Origin: Malacoraja senta
Lineage: Eukaryota
Assembly: GCA_038087875.1 (NCBI GenBank)
Contig: JAXLNO010000202.1
Span: 124,001-188,000, forward strand
DNA length: 64,000 bases
Direction: 5' to 3'
Part shown: piece after piece, positions 1 to 13,089 of the stretch
How the letters are laid out: each line of letters starts with the position of its first letter
How positions within the stretch are numbered: position 1 is the stretch's first letter
Made by a program: the position numbers and the translations under genes
The notes under the pieces: model-generated
The model's database searches: none
Seen by the model: the letters and a program-made list of their open reading frames with translations, nothing else
What the model was told of the DNA's origin: nothing

Positions 1-2910
1 CACGCACGAGGTCGATGCTTGTGAACACCCGCTTACCCTGTAGGCTTGCAGAGAAATCCTGCAAATGTGGGATGCTGTATCGATCTGGAATAGTTGCATT
101 AGTGAACAGTAGTCGCCGCAGGCTCGCCAATCTCCAGGAGACTTCTTCCGGACCATGTGAAGAGGTGATGCCCAGCAGTTCCTAGACCTACGGATGTTCC
201 CGAGCTCCAACATATGGTCAAATTCTGCCTTTGCCACCTTGAGGTGATCCACGGGTAATCTGCGCACTCTTGCCGAAACCGGAGGGCCGCGTGTCTGAAT
301 ATGATGCGCGACAGAGTGTTTGTACTCGCTAGAATTTAGAAGATTGAGGGGGGATCTTATAGAAACGTACAAAATTCTTAAGGGGTTGAACAGGCTAGAT
401 GCAGGATGATTTTTCCCGATGTTGGGGAAGTCCAGGACAAGGGGTCACAGTTTAAGGATAAAGGGGAAATCCTTTAGGACCGAGATGAGAAAAACATTTT
501 TCACACAGAGAGTGGTGAATATCTGGAACTCTGCCACAGAGGGTAGTTGAGGCCAGTCCATTGGCTCGTTATTTAAGAGGGAGTTAGATGTGGCCCTTGT
601 GGCTAAAGGGATCAGGGGGTATGGAGAGAAGGCAGGTGCAGGATACTGAGTTCGATGATCAGCCATGATCATATTGAATGGCGGTGCAGGCTCGAAGGGC
701 CGAATGGCCTACTCCTGCACCTATTTTCTACGTTTCTATGTTTCTATATTTGATATCGTTATGCCGGTAAGACTGAGTTATGAGTTGCGAAAATTGTTTC
801 AGTACTTCCTGATATGGGCCGGTGCTGGGTTGGAGGCTGGTGAGGTGAGGTGAGAGATAGTCATTGCCGGATGGCAGATGCAGTTCACCTGTGCACGAGT
901 GCAGCAATCACTCACGCGGCGATTTCTGAGGTCCACTCGCAAAGAAAAGTGTAAAAGAAAAAATCCGCTCCGATAATAGGTTTTGATATGTCGGTGACTG
1001 TAAAAATCCAGCAAAACGTTTTCTGCGGACCGAAGTCGAAATCATGACTGATTGCTAGAATTGTTCGCAGCAGTGAGAATGCATCCAGGTTTGGGGTATA
1101 AACGCTCTTGGGAACTGGGAGGAATGACCGATAACTCGAGGCCGGATATTGCATACCTGAGAGACGATCGGTGAGAAAAAGGCAGTGGCTAGTTTGCCCG
1201 CTGGCAGCAGTCGCATCTACTGCCGGGCATCTTTCCCGGGCGTTGATATTTGTAGAAGGAGCAAGAAGGTTGACACGACCGGGCTGCTGCACCAAACCTT
1301 CGGTGTTTCCGGCAAATGTGTTGGGCGTCGCCTCGGCCCCGACCCTCAAGGTTTGCGTTAAACCTGAAACGGGGATGGCTCTGCTGGGCTGCCAAAGTCT
1401 GGACTTGCGCAGTGAGCGCTGCAATTTGCTGTTCCAACTGTGCATCTTCTGGCTTGAAGGCCCTGTCCCACGGGCAGGCGGTTCCAGGCAGTAAGCGCGG
1501 CGTAGCAGGAAGTGGGGACCGCACGGGGCCCGCGGGGTCGGTCCCACGCAGATCGCAGGAGCTGTATGTAGTTGGTCCGGCAGTCCCTGAGCTGGGCTCA
1601 GAAAAACTGACACTGTCCAAAAATCCAGTGCGGCAACGGCCTGAACAAAACTTCGTTGCCTGCAGTCATACATATAATAATAAATAACAAAACACACAAT
1701 AAACACAAATTAACATCCACCACAGTGAGTTCACCAGGCACCTCCTCACTGTGATGGAGGCAAAAGTCTTATAGTCTCTGTCTCCTCCCTCTTTGTTCTT
1801 CCTCTGCGCTGAGGCGATCCAGGCTTCTGATGTTGTGTCCCCGCCGGGTGATGGTAAGTCAGTCCCGCGGCTGAATCCGTGCTCCGTCCGCGACGGGCCG
1901 GTTCAAACTCCGCGGCCCAGGGTGATCGAAGCTGCTGAAGCTCCCGCCCTCCAGTCCAGCGGATGCAGCTGTAGTTGCGGGAGCTCCAGAAAAACAGGTC
2001 ACCCACCTGTGACCTGCGAGCTCCCAACGATGTCGTCCACCGGGCCCGCAGCCGAGCCTCCGGATTCAGGTCGCCACCAGTGTCCTCGGTCGCCACCGCC
2101 GGAACGCCACCGCAGCCCTGAAGCCGGCCAGCCTCGCGTTGGTAAGTCCTGGCTCTGCCTCAGGAGCCTCGAGGTCGGTCGGTCGCAGTCCTCCCTCCAC
2201 CACCTCCAGTTTAAATTCCATTTGGAATATTTTGGAGGACCAAGAAACCTAGAACCAAGAACCAAGTTGGAGGCCGCCAGCTCCGCCCTTAGGCCTCAGC
2301 GCAGACGGAGGCAGAGAAGGGGGATACGACAAGAAAAAGTCGCATTCCCCCGAAGGAAGAGACAAAAATCATGTTTCACCCCCCCCCACCCCACACATAC
2401 ACAACCCAATAAACTAAAATTTAACTAAAACAGGACAAAAGAAAACAACAACAAAAGTAAAAACAGACGGACTGCAGGCGAGCCGCTGCTGTTCAACAGC
2501 GCCGCCACTTCCGGATCGCGATCGCCGCATGCATTCTCATGCTCGTGGGACAGGCCGTGTGGTGATCACCAGCATTCGCGCGGCAACCGCTTCCGGTAAG
2601 GTTGCGCTTGCCGCATGCATTCTTTTGCTCGTGGGACCGGCCGTACAGTGATCACTCGGTCCCCGCTTCCGGGGACGCCGCGCTTACAGCCTGGAACTGC
2701 CTGCCCGTGGGACAGGGCCTTTACTGTCGCTGCATTAACCACCGTCACCTGCAGCGCAGTAGTTGTCTCCATGACAATGTCGGCCTGTTTTGCGATCTCA
2801 TCTATGCTGGCCGATTGAAACATACCTGTCAGGTGCCCCTGTACCTGTGCAGGCATGCATCGGAGAAACTTCTGCTTCCAGACATCACCACGTGGGCCTG
2901 ATGTCGTCAC
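1..2910 (-). mobile_element. Fragmented Ty3/Gypsy LTR retrotransposon (gag-protease-RT remnants)
   Basis: RT-like WASPLHMVRKKSPGDWRACGDY...DRYSIPHLQDF...VFTSIDLVRA (1-320); protease-like FCWIFTVTDISKPIIGADFF; gag-like CRKHRRFGAAARSCQPSCSF; frameshifted and interrupted. Confidence 0.85.
320..746 (+). mobile_element. CR1/HER1 LINE 3' fragment inserted in the Gypsy pol
   Basis: ORF2 C-terminus plus 3'UTR ending in a (GTTTCTAT)n-like tail. Confidence 0.85.
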
Positions 2911-3753
2911 CAAAGATGCTCCTCTAGTATCTTTGGTCGTCACAATGTCGTGAAGAGGCAAGAATGGTAAATGGAATTTAACTCTGACAAGTGTGATATA
3001 CTGCAATTTGGTGTGTCCAACCAGGGCAGGACCGACAGTGAAAGGTGGAGACTGGACACTGTTGGACAACAGGGAGATCTGGGAGTACCGTCCTTTTAAT
3101 CAGTGTGCAGAAAAGTAATTTGAATAACATGTCGTGTCGTGCAGTCAGAGCCAGGAAAACAGGCCCATCAGCCCAACAATCCCAGTGTTATCCCAGAAAT
3201 GGCCTCACAGAGCACGGAATAAAGCAGCAATGTTTCCTCGACCCCCACAGGGGGTAGTTGAGGCAGGGACTATCACAACGTTTAAAAAACAGTTAGACAG
3301 GTACAGGTGGGACTAGTGTAGATGGAACATGTTGATCAGTTTGGGCAAGTTGGGCACGAGGGTTGTTTTCACACTGTGTCTCTGTGTCAGTAGACAATAG
3401 ACAATAGGTGCAGGAGTCGGCCATTCGGCCCTTCGAGCCAGCACCGCCATTGAATGTGATCATGGCTGATCATCCCCAATCAGTACCCCGTTCCTGCCTT
3501 CTCCCCATATCCCTGACTCCGCTATCTTTAAGAGCTCTATCTAACTCTCTCTTGAAAGTTTCCAGAGAACCGGCCTCCACCGCCTGAGGCAGAGAATTCC
3601 ACAGACTCACAACTCTCTGTGAGAAAATGTGTTTCCTCATCTCCGTTCTCAATGGCTTACCGCTTATTCTTAAATAAATTCTGACTCTGCGACTCTGCGA
3701 CTCTGACACGGTTAGTGGTCGCTATGTACTAATTCATCCACAGTAGTTCGTAC

Positions 3754-4016
3754 CTTTGTAAGCGAGTTTGCCCCATCCTGTGATGTAGCATCGCCGGCCT
3801 GTGGGGAACACTTGCTGACTGGACGGGAGGCAGATCGGTTGGATAACGTTGGAGAATTCGAGTGGGCTGGACAGTTTCAGGACTGCAACATCATAGCCTT
3901 TTAGGGTGTTCAATACGTATCCGGGGTGGATGATGATTTTACTGATGTCTCGTTCAGTACCCTTCCCCACTTCCACCGATCCCATGAACACTTGCCAGTC
4001 GGATGGGTTGTTGTAC
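3754..4016 (-). CDS. Serine protease copy B, catalytic Asp exon (YNNPSDWQVFMG...HPGYVLNTLKGYDVAVLKL...CYITGWGKLAYK)
   Basis: 263 bp, open, AG/GT intact; the two downstream exons are not in the window. Confidence 0.93.
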
Positions 4017-5037
4017 CTTCAAACAAAGAAGGACAAATAGTTCAGTTCTGAGCACCATGCTATAGGAAAGATGTTGTCAAGCTGGAAAAGGTATAGAGAA
4101 GATTTACGAGGATGTTGCCAGGACTTGAGGGCTTGAGCTATAGGGAGAGGTTGACTAGGCTGGATCTCTATTCCTTGGAGCACAGGAGGATAAGGGGTGA
4201 TCTTATAGAGGTGTATAAAATCATGAGAGGAATAGATCGGGTAGATGCACAGAGTCTGTTGCCCAGAGTAGGGGAATCGAGGACCAGAGGACATAGGTTT
4301 AAGGTGAAGGGGAAAAGATTTAATAGGAATCTGTGGGGTAACTTTTTCACACAAAGGGTGGTGGGTGTATGGAACGAGCTGCCGGAGGAGGTAGTTTAGG
4401 CTGGGACTATCTCAATGTTTAAGAAACAATTATACAGGTACATGGATAGGACAGGTTTAGAGGGATATGGACCAAACGCAGGCAGCTGGGACTAGTGCAG
4501 ATGGGGTATGTTGGCCGGTGTGGGCAAGTTGGGCTGAAGGGACCTTTTTCCACGCTGGATCACTCTATGACTCTGAAGTGGCACTCACACAGCAACAAGC
4601 AGGATGTATGGAAGGATGCTGAGAATGGCAAGGGATGGCAAGGACGGGAGCAGAGGCACAAGGAACTGCAGGGGCTGGAATCTTCAGAAAAACACTGTGC
4701 TGGAGGGTCCCAACTGGTCAGGCAGCATCTGTGGAGGGAATGGAGTGGAGTACATGAGGCTAGCACGACACGTTATACGAGTGTGAATGCTCATCAGATG
4801 AACATAGAACAATACAGTACAGGAACAGGATATGTAGGAAGGAACTGCAAATGCTGATTTAAAGTGAAGATAGACACAAAAAGCTGGAGTAACTCAGTGG
4901 GACAGACAGCATCTCTGGCGAAAAAGAATATGTGACCAGTCCCAACCTGAAATGTCACCTCCAGCTTTTTGTGTCTATCTTCACAGAAACAGGATGGTCC
5001 AGAGGAGGTTTACAAGAATGATCCCAGAGGTGACAGG

Positions 5038-5930
5038 TGGGCAAAAATGCTGGAGAAACTCAGCGGGTGAGGGAGGCATCATCTATGTAGCGAAGGAATA
5101 GGTGACGTTTCGGGTCGAGACCCTTCTTCAGACTGATGTGGGGGTGGAGAGGGGGGGGGCGGGAAGAAGAAAGGAAGAGGTGGAGACAGTGGGCTGTGGG
5201 AGAGCTGGGAAGGGGAGGGGAAAGAGGGAGAAAGCAGGGACTACCTGAAATTGGAGAAGTCAATGCTCATACTGCTGGGGTGTAAACTACCCAAGCGAAA
5301 TATGAGGTGCTGCTCCGCCAATTTACGGTGGGCCTCACTCTGGCCCTGGAGGAGGCCCATGACAGAGAACTGCCGTGTATGGCGGGAGATAGCCAGTCGG
5401 TAACAATAGTCCGGGTTGGGTCCGAACTGGGAGGTAGGGAACTGGAGCTGGAAACCATGAGGTACAAGATGGAGGCGCAGGCAAGTCCCGAGAAAGCAAT
5501 CGTGGCTGTGGTAACGGGTCTGGGTTAGGATGTGGTCGTAGAGTTGGAAGGGAAGGGGGAACCAGTGAGAGAGGAGGTTATTAAACTGTCTTCGGAGAAA
5601 GGAGGAGAACCTCTTCAAAGTTGGCAATTCGGAGAGAGGAGGTAGGGTAGTTTACACCTCAGCGGTATGAACATTGACTTCTCCAATTTTAGGTAGTCCC
5701 TGCTTTCTCCCTCTTTCCCCTCCCCTTCCCAGCTCTCCCACAGCCCACTGTCTCCGCCTCTTCCTTTCTTCTTCCCGCCCAACCCCACCCCCACATCAGT
5801 CTGAAGAAGGGTCTCGACCCGAAACGTTGCCTATTTCCTTCGCTCCATAGATGCTGCCTCACCCGCTGAGTTTCTGCAGCATTTTTGTCTACCTTCGATT
5901 TTCCAGCATCTGCAGTTCCTTCTTAAACAC
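5038..5930. mobile_element. Penelope-like element remnant with inverted terminal repeat segments
   Basis: GIY-YIG C-terminus-like RKLAEQHLIFRLGSLHPSSMSIDFSNFR; about 5040-5295 is mirrored by about 5645-5890. Confidence 0.75.
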
Positions 5931-6531
5931 CAGAGATGATAGGGGTAACATATGAAAATTATTTGATGGCTTTGAGCCTGTACTCGCTGAAGTTTAGAAT
6001 GATGAGGGAGACCTCATTGAAACTTACCGAATAGTGAAAGGCTCGGATAGAGTCAATGTGGAGAGGATGTTTCCACTAGTGGGAGAGTCTAGGACCAGAG
6101 GTCACAGCCTCAGAATAAAAGTATGTATGTTTAGTAGGGAGATGAGGAGGAATTTCTTTAGCCAGAGGATGGTGAATCTGTGGAATTCTTTGCTACAGAC
6201 AGTTGTGGAGGACAAGTCTTTCGGTACGTTTATGGTGGAGATAGATAGATATGATTAGTGCGGGTGTCAGGGGTTATGGGGAGAAGGCAGGAGAAAGGGT
6301 TGAGAGGAGCTATAGATCAGCCATGATTGAATGACGGAGTAGAATTGATAGGGCGAATGGCCTAATTCTACTCCTATGTCTGGTGAGCGTGAACTTTAGG
6401 AGTTGCATGAGTAAACTTCCATGAAAATCTCTAGCGCCCAAAGTGCGACCCCCCACCAAGTGACAATCATTGTTGGGGTTTTGCGCTGGTTCTGTGAATG
6501 GAGATCTGAACAAAGACATGAGTGAAATTAC

Positions 6532-6694
6532 CTGTCAAAGCAGTGAGCGGCAGAGATGAGCCATCGGTTGGAGATGATGGAGGCTCCGCAAACGTGACTC
6601 CATATCTGCAGGCTAACCTGCCACGGCCACTCGCCATTTGTTGCTTTGGTCCCACCGACAATCCTACTCGAAGTTATACCTTTAGTGCCACAGC
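6532..6694 (-). CDS. Serine protease copy B, activation/His exon ([54 protein letters not shown])
   Basis: Manual translation of the reverse strand; 163 bp, open, canonical splice sites. Confidence 0.93.
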
Positions 6695-6842
6695 CTGCAA
6701 AATATAGTCACGGTCAAGTACATTCATTCCAAAACAAGAGCATTAAAGTCTTACAGCACAGATACAGGCCCTTCGGCCCAACTCGTTCATGCCGACCAAG
6801 CTGTTCCATCTACACTAGTCCCATTTGCTCACCTTTGGCCCA

Positions 6843-7691
6843 TCTATCTTCTATACTATTACTAAAACTCTCATCTTGACCATTCCGGTCTGCGTTGTAA
6901 ATAGATTTGCGCAAAAACGCTACCCAATATCGCTAGGATTTTCCCGCCACCTTACTCACCATTCTCCTATGCTCCAAGACACCAAATTTTGTTCCGATCA
7001 GTGAAATATGAGAACGGTTATGAAGGTTTAAACAATTGTGAGATCAGCAGATTGGTCTTCTCGCCTGTCACTCACCATGAAGGTAATGCCCCTTCCGGCA
7101 CCCACTGAAGAATAAAATCCCGGAGGCAGGGCTGAGTAAATAAGTCGCGCTGATTGAGTCCGCAAGAGTGGAGTCGGGATAGTCGCTGTGTGGAGTCGGG
7201 TAAAAACCGTGTGAAAGCCGCTGTGTGAAAAAGCCGTATGAAAGACGAAAGCTGTGTGAAAGCCGCTGTGAGGAGTCGGGAGGTGCTGTGTTGTGCCGCA
7301 GCCAGTGGCCGCTGAGTGGAGTCCCTCCCCCCACACACGCACCCTCCCCCACATACACCCACACCCCCCTTTACCCCCACCCCATTCCTCCACCCCTTCC
7401 GCCACCCCCCCACACCACACCTTCCCTCCCACACCACCCCCTCCCCTCACCCCACACCAACCCCTCCCCCCACACCACCCCCTCCCCCCACACCACACCA
7501 CTGCCTTCTCCCCTCCCCCTCCTCCCCCTTCCCCTTCGCCCTCCCCACACCTCCCCCACACACACCCACACCCTCCTTTACCCCGCCCCCCACATCACCC
7601 CTCCCCCCCACACCAACCCCCCCCCCCCCACACACCCCCTCCCCCCACAGCATCCCCTCCACTCGGACTCAACAGGTCCCACTTAGTCTAG
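6843..7691 (+). mobile_element. Non-autonomous Helitron-like element with internal C-rich expansion
   Basis: 5' TC, 3' CTAG, GGAC...GTCC hairpin about 12 bp from the end, inserted between A and T without TSD; empty site in the paralog at 21991/21992. Confidence 0.8.
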
Positions 7692-8007
7692 TATCCATCT
7701 AAACCTTTCTTATCCATGTACCTGTCTGAATATGTTTAAAATGTTGTTATTGTACCTGCCTCAGCCATCAACCATAGAAGTTAGAGCAGTACCACATAGT
7801 AACAGGCCATTTTGCCCACAATGTTTGTGCCAAACATGATGCTAAGATAAACTAATCTCCTCTGGCTGGACATGATCCATATCACTCTAGTCCATGTGCC
7901 TATGTATCTCTTAAACACCACTATCGTATCTGCCTTCACCACCACCCCTGGCAGCACATTCCAGGCACCCACCACCCTCTGTGATAAAAACTTGCCCCGC
8001 ACATCTC

Positions 8008-8978
8008 ATAGAAACATAGAAACATAGAAAATAATTGCAGGAGTAGGCCATTCGGCCCTTCGAGCCTGCACCACCATTCAATATGATCATGGCTGATCAT
8101 CCAACTCAGTATCCTGTATCTGCCTTCTCTCCATACCCCCTGATCCCTTTAGCCACAAGGGCCACATCTAACTCCCTCTTAAACATAGCCAATGAACTGG
8201 CCTCAACTACCTTCTGTGGCAGAGAATTCCAGAGATTCACCACTCTCTGTGTGAAAAATGTTTTTCTCATCTCGGTCCTAAAAGATTTTCCTTTTATCCT
8301 TAAACTGTGACCCCTTGTCCTGGACTTGCCCAACATCGGGAACAATCTTCCTGCATCTAGCCTGTCCAAACCCTTAAGAATTTTGTAAGTTTCTATAAGA
8401 CCCCCCCTCAATCTTCTAAATTGTAGCGAGTACAAGCCAAGTCTATCCAGTCTTTCTTCATATGAAAGTCCTGACATCCCAGGAATCAGTCTGGTTAACC
8501 TTCTCTGTACTCCCTCTATGGCAAGAATGTCTTTTCTCAGATTTGGAGACCAAAACTGTACGCAATACTCCAGGTGTGGTCTCACCAAGACCCTGTACAA
8601 CTGCAGTAGAACCTCCCTGCTCCTATACTCAAATCCTTTTGCGATGAATGCCAACATACCATTCGCCTTCTTCACTGCCTGCTGCACCTGCATGCATACT
8701 TTCAATGACTGGTGTACCATGACACCCAGGTCTCGTTGCATCTCCCCTTTTCCTAATCGGCCACCATTCAGATAATAGTCTACTTTCCTGTTTTTGCCAC
8801 CAAAGTGGATAACCTCACATTTATCCACATTATACTGCATCTGCCATGCATTTGTCCACTCACCCAGCCTATCCAAGGCACCTTGCAGCCTACTAGCATC
8901 CTCCTCACAGCTAACACTGCCCCCCAGCTTCGTGTCATCCGCAAATTTGGAGATGTTGCATTCAATTCCCTCGTCCAA
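8008..8978 (-). mobile_element. CR1 LINE 3' part (RT end and tail)
   Basis: KFADDTKL and RPHLEYCVQFWSP motifs, tandem tail at about 8008-8030. Confidence 0.9.
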
Positions 8979-9189
8979 ACCCTTTAACTTGCCCCTCTCA
9001 CCTTTCTATCCAGGCTGGTTCTCTGGATACTTGCAAGAGAGAGTTAGATAGAGCTCTTAAAGATAGCGGAGTCAGGGGATATGGGGAGAAGGCAGGAACG
9101 CGGTACTGATTGGGGATGATTAGCCATGATCACAGTGAATGGCCAAATGGCCAACTCCTGCACCTATTATCTATTGTCCATAATTAACA

Positions 9190-11690
9190 GGGCAGAAAGC
9201 TCAGGAAGGGATAGAAGATTATGGCCAAGTGAAATAGGAATCGATGTGAAAGGTGAGGGGAGTAATGGATTAAAAGTATTATATATGAATGCACGAAGTA
9301 TAAGAAATAAAGTGGACGAGCTTGAGGCTCAGTTAGAGATTGGTAGATATGACATTGTGTGGTTTACAGAGACATGGGTGCAAGAGGACCAGAGCTGGGA
9401 ACTGAATATTCAAAGGTATACGTCCTATAGAAAAAACAGGCTGGTGGGCAGAGGGGGTGGGGTACCTCTGTTGGTGAGGAATTAAATTCATTCCCTTGCG
9501 AGTGGTGTCATAGAATCAGGAGATGTGGAGTCAGTATGGATAGAACTAAGGAATTGTAAGGGTGAAAAGACCCTAATGGGACTTATCTACAGGCCCCCAA
9601 ACAGTAGCCTGGACATAGGGTGCAAGTTGAATCAGGTTAAAATTGGCATGTAGCAAAGGTAATGCTACAGTTGTTATGGAGATTTCAACATGCAGGTAGA
9701 CTGGGAAAATAGGGTTGGTACTGGACCACAAGAAAGGGAGTTTGTGGAGTGCCTCCGTGATGGATTCTTAGAGCAGCTTGTACTGGAGCCCACCAGGGAG
9801 AAGGCAATTCTGGATTTAGTGTTGTGTAATGAACTGGATTTGATAAGGGAACTCGAGGTAAAGGAGCCATTAGGTCGTGACCAAAATATGATAAGTTTTA
9901 ATCTACAATTTGAGAGGGAGAAGGGAAAATTGGAGGTGTCAGTGTTACAGTTGAGCAAAGGGGACTATGGAGCCATGAGGGAGGAACTGACCAAAGTTGA
10001 CTGGAAAGATACCCTAGCAGGGATGACAGTGGAACAACAATGGCAGGTATTTCTGCGAATAATACAGAAGGTGCATGTAGATTGGCTATTGCATGTTAGC
10101 CAATCAGAATGCTTAGTAATTATCTCTGCCTAATTATATTCAACATGGATTTGTGCCTGGAAGGTCATGTTTGACTAAGCTTCTTGAATTTTTTGAAGAG
10201 GTTACTAGGGAAATTGATGAGGGTAAAGCGGTGGATGTTGTCTATATGGACTTCAGTAAGGCCTTTGACAAGGTTCCACATGGAAGTCACGTCAAGTCAA
10301 GTCACATTTATTTATATAGCACATTTAATAAACAACTCTCGTTGGCCAAAGTGCTTTACATTTGTTATAAGAATAGCACAAACAAAACAAACTACATACA
10401 TATATACATGTAGCCCTCACTCAGAGGACGTCAGGAAAGGCTTGGGAGTATAGTTAAGTCTTTAGTCTTGACTTAAAAGTCGATGGAGGGGGCAGTTCTG
10501 ATGGGAAGGGGGATGCTGTTCCACAGTCTAGGGGCTGCAACCGCAAAGGCGCGGTCGCTCCTGAGTTTTATGCCTAGACCGTGGGATATTCAGCCACCCC
10601 AAGTCGGCCGATCTGAGGGGCCTGGAGGTGGAGTGGTGGGTCAGAAGACTTTTTATGTAGGTGGGGGAAAACCCATTGAGGGCTTTGTAGACATAGAGGA
10701 GGATCTTGAAGTTTATACGGAACCGCACAGGGAGCCAGTGGAGAGAGGCCAGGATCGGGGTGATGTGGTCCCTTTTTCGGGTGCCTGTCAGGAGTCTCGC
10801 TGTGGCGTTTTGGACCAGTTGCAGGCGGGACAGGGAAGATTGGCTGATGCCAGTGTAAAGGGATTTGCAGTAATCTAGGTGGGAGGAGATGAATGTGTCA
10901 AAATAGGACGTACATGGTAAACGGTAGAGAATTGAGGAATGCAGTTGAACAGAGGGATCTAGGAATAACTCTGCATAGTTCCCTGAAGGTGGAATCTCAT
11001 GTAGATAGGGTGGTAAAGAAAGCTTTTGGGGTGCTGGCCTTTATAAATCAGAGCATTGAATATAGAAGTTGGGATATAATGTTAAAATTGTACAAGGCAT
11101 TGGTGAGGCCAATTCTGGAGTTTGGAGTACAATTTTGGTCGCCTAATTATAGGAAGGATGTCAACAAAATAGAGAGAGTACAGAGGAGATTTACTAGAAT
11201 GTTGCCTGGGTTTCAGCAACTAAGTTACAGAGAAAGGTTGAACAAGTTAGGTCTTTATTCTTTGGAGCGCAGAAGGTTAAGAGGGGGACTTCATAGAGGT
11301 CTTTAAAATTATGAGCGGGTTAGACAGAGTTGACGTGGATAAGCTTTTTCCATTGAGAGTAGGGAAGATTGAAACAAGGGGACATGACTTGAGAATTAAG
11401 GGACAGAAGTTTAGGGGTAACATTAGGGGGAACTTCTTTACTCAGAGAGTAGTAGCTGTGTGGAATGAGCTTCCAGTGGAAGTGGTGGAGGCTGGTTCGA
11501 TTTTATCCTTTAAAAATAGATTGGATGGGTATATGGACGGGAAAGGAATGGAGGGTTATGTTCTGAGTGCAGGTAGATGGGACTAGGGGGAAGTTTTTTT
11601 TTTTTTTTTTTAAATTAAAAAAAAATGTTCGGCACGGACTTGAAGGGCCGAGATGGCCTGTTTCCGTGCTGTAATGGTTATATGGTTAAA
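9190..11690 (+). mobile_element. Cluster of CR1 ORF2 fragments (endonuclease and RT) with a nested L2-like piece
   Basis: NARSIRNKVDEL, YMDFSKAFDKVPH and FFTQRVV motifs. Confidence 0.85.
10285..10890 (-). mobile_element. L2-like LINE 3' fragment
   Basis: RFRINFKILLYVYKALNGFSPTYI...RPLRSAD, with AATAAA and a (TTGAC)n-like tail. Confidence 0.7.
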
Positions 11691-12560
11691 TGACCACTCA
11701 GGACCACGTGTTTCATGAGTAACTTGTTGTGGTCTCCACAGCAATGTATTCAATCTGCTCAACCCTCATTGGACCCAAAACCATATGAGTCAATATTACA
11801 GGTCGTGCGTTAGAAACATCAGGGTGATGAGAACTCTTTACCATCCACCACGGTTACTCCAGATCAAACATCACACCAGCCATTGCATTTTTCTTTCCTT
11901 ACTTTTAAATATTCACACATATGTCACAAAATCTGAATAAATAATCAAATTTAGAACAACAGACTGAGAGCTTCAAAACGACAAAAATTTATGAACATTG
12001 AAAGTCACAGAGGCACAGAGTCGTCAATGTGAAAACAGGCCCTTCAGCCCAACGTGTCCATGCCGACCAACTTGCCCCATCTACACCTGTCCCACCGGCT
12101 TGTGTTGGGTCCATATCCATCTAAACCAGTCCTAGCCTGTCCTGTCCATGTACCTGTCCAAATGTTTTTTAAATGCCTCAACTACCTCCTCAGGCAGCTC
12201 ATTACATTCACCCACCAGTCTTTGTGTAAAACAGTTGCCCCTATGGTTCCTATTAAATCTTCCACCCCCCCACCCCCCCTCACCTTAAACCTAAGTCCTT
12301 TGGTTCTAGATTCCCCTACTCTGGATAAAAGACTCTGTGCAGTTACTCTGTCTAATCCACTCATGATCTTATACACCTCTATAAAATCACTCCTTAACCA
12401 CTGCAAGGAATAGAGTCCTAGCCTGCCCAACCTCTCCCTGTAGCTCAGGCTCTCGAGTCCTGGCCACATCCTCGTAAATCTCCTCTGTTCCCTTTCCTGC
12501 TTGACAACATCTTTCCTATAACAGGTTGACCATACCTGAACACAACACTGTAAGTCTCAC

Positions 12561-12638
12561 CTATTGTGGTTCCAGTGGAGCTGATAATGTTGGCAACAGT
12601 CTTGTTTGGTGTGACACCAGTGGTTCGTAGTGAAGAAT
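12561..12638 (-). CDS. Serine protease copy B, stalk exon 2 (DSSLRTTGVTPNKTVANIISSTGTTI)
   Basis: Reverse-complement paralog of 20711-20788 with 2 substitutions; AG/GT intact. Confidence 0.75.
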   Translation of the reverse strand: MLHYEPLVSHQTRLLPTLSAPLEPQ

Positions 12639-13014
12639 CTGGAAAGATAATGTGACAAGATCAATGTGTTAAAGATGCTTTTATCAATGTGCTTTTATTG
12701 GACTGTTTCGAAGAAAAGGAAGACAATTCTTCCAATCCCCTCTCCTGCTAATTACCTCTCAACCAAACCTCACCAAAAAAATCAATGATTAATATCTTGT
12801 TGCAGTTGTGGGAAGATGCTGTGTACAAACTGGCTGACATCTTTTCTGTGTCAGAATAGTTCCTCAAAGTTGCCTTCACCTGAAAGCCCATCTTGCTTTA
12901 AGAGCAGGAATTACACACCTGTATCATTCATTTTATATTGAGGATTTCGGCTCGACAAGTAAGTTCTTTTGACGTTTCGAAGCTGAAGTCCTATGGGCAG
13001 AAGATGAATCTTAC

Positions 13015-13089
13015 CTGAGGTGGGTTGTGTTGGGACGTCCGTGCTGGTCGCAACGGTGGAATCTGGTGCCGCAGAACCATTCAGAAAAA
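13015..13089 (-). CDS. Serine protease copy B, stalk exon 1
   Basis: Exact reverse complement of 20261-20335, splice sites kept. Confidence 0.7.

Noticed and set aside
1640..2510. 211-aa ORF (1793..2428) and surrounding GC-rich segment
   Set aside because: No recognisable domain; appears to be an unclassified repeat inserted in the Gypsy remnant
7028..7702. Pro/His-rich and Gly-rich ORFs
   Set aside because: Low-complexity interior of the Helitron-like element
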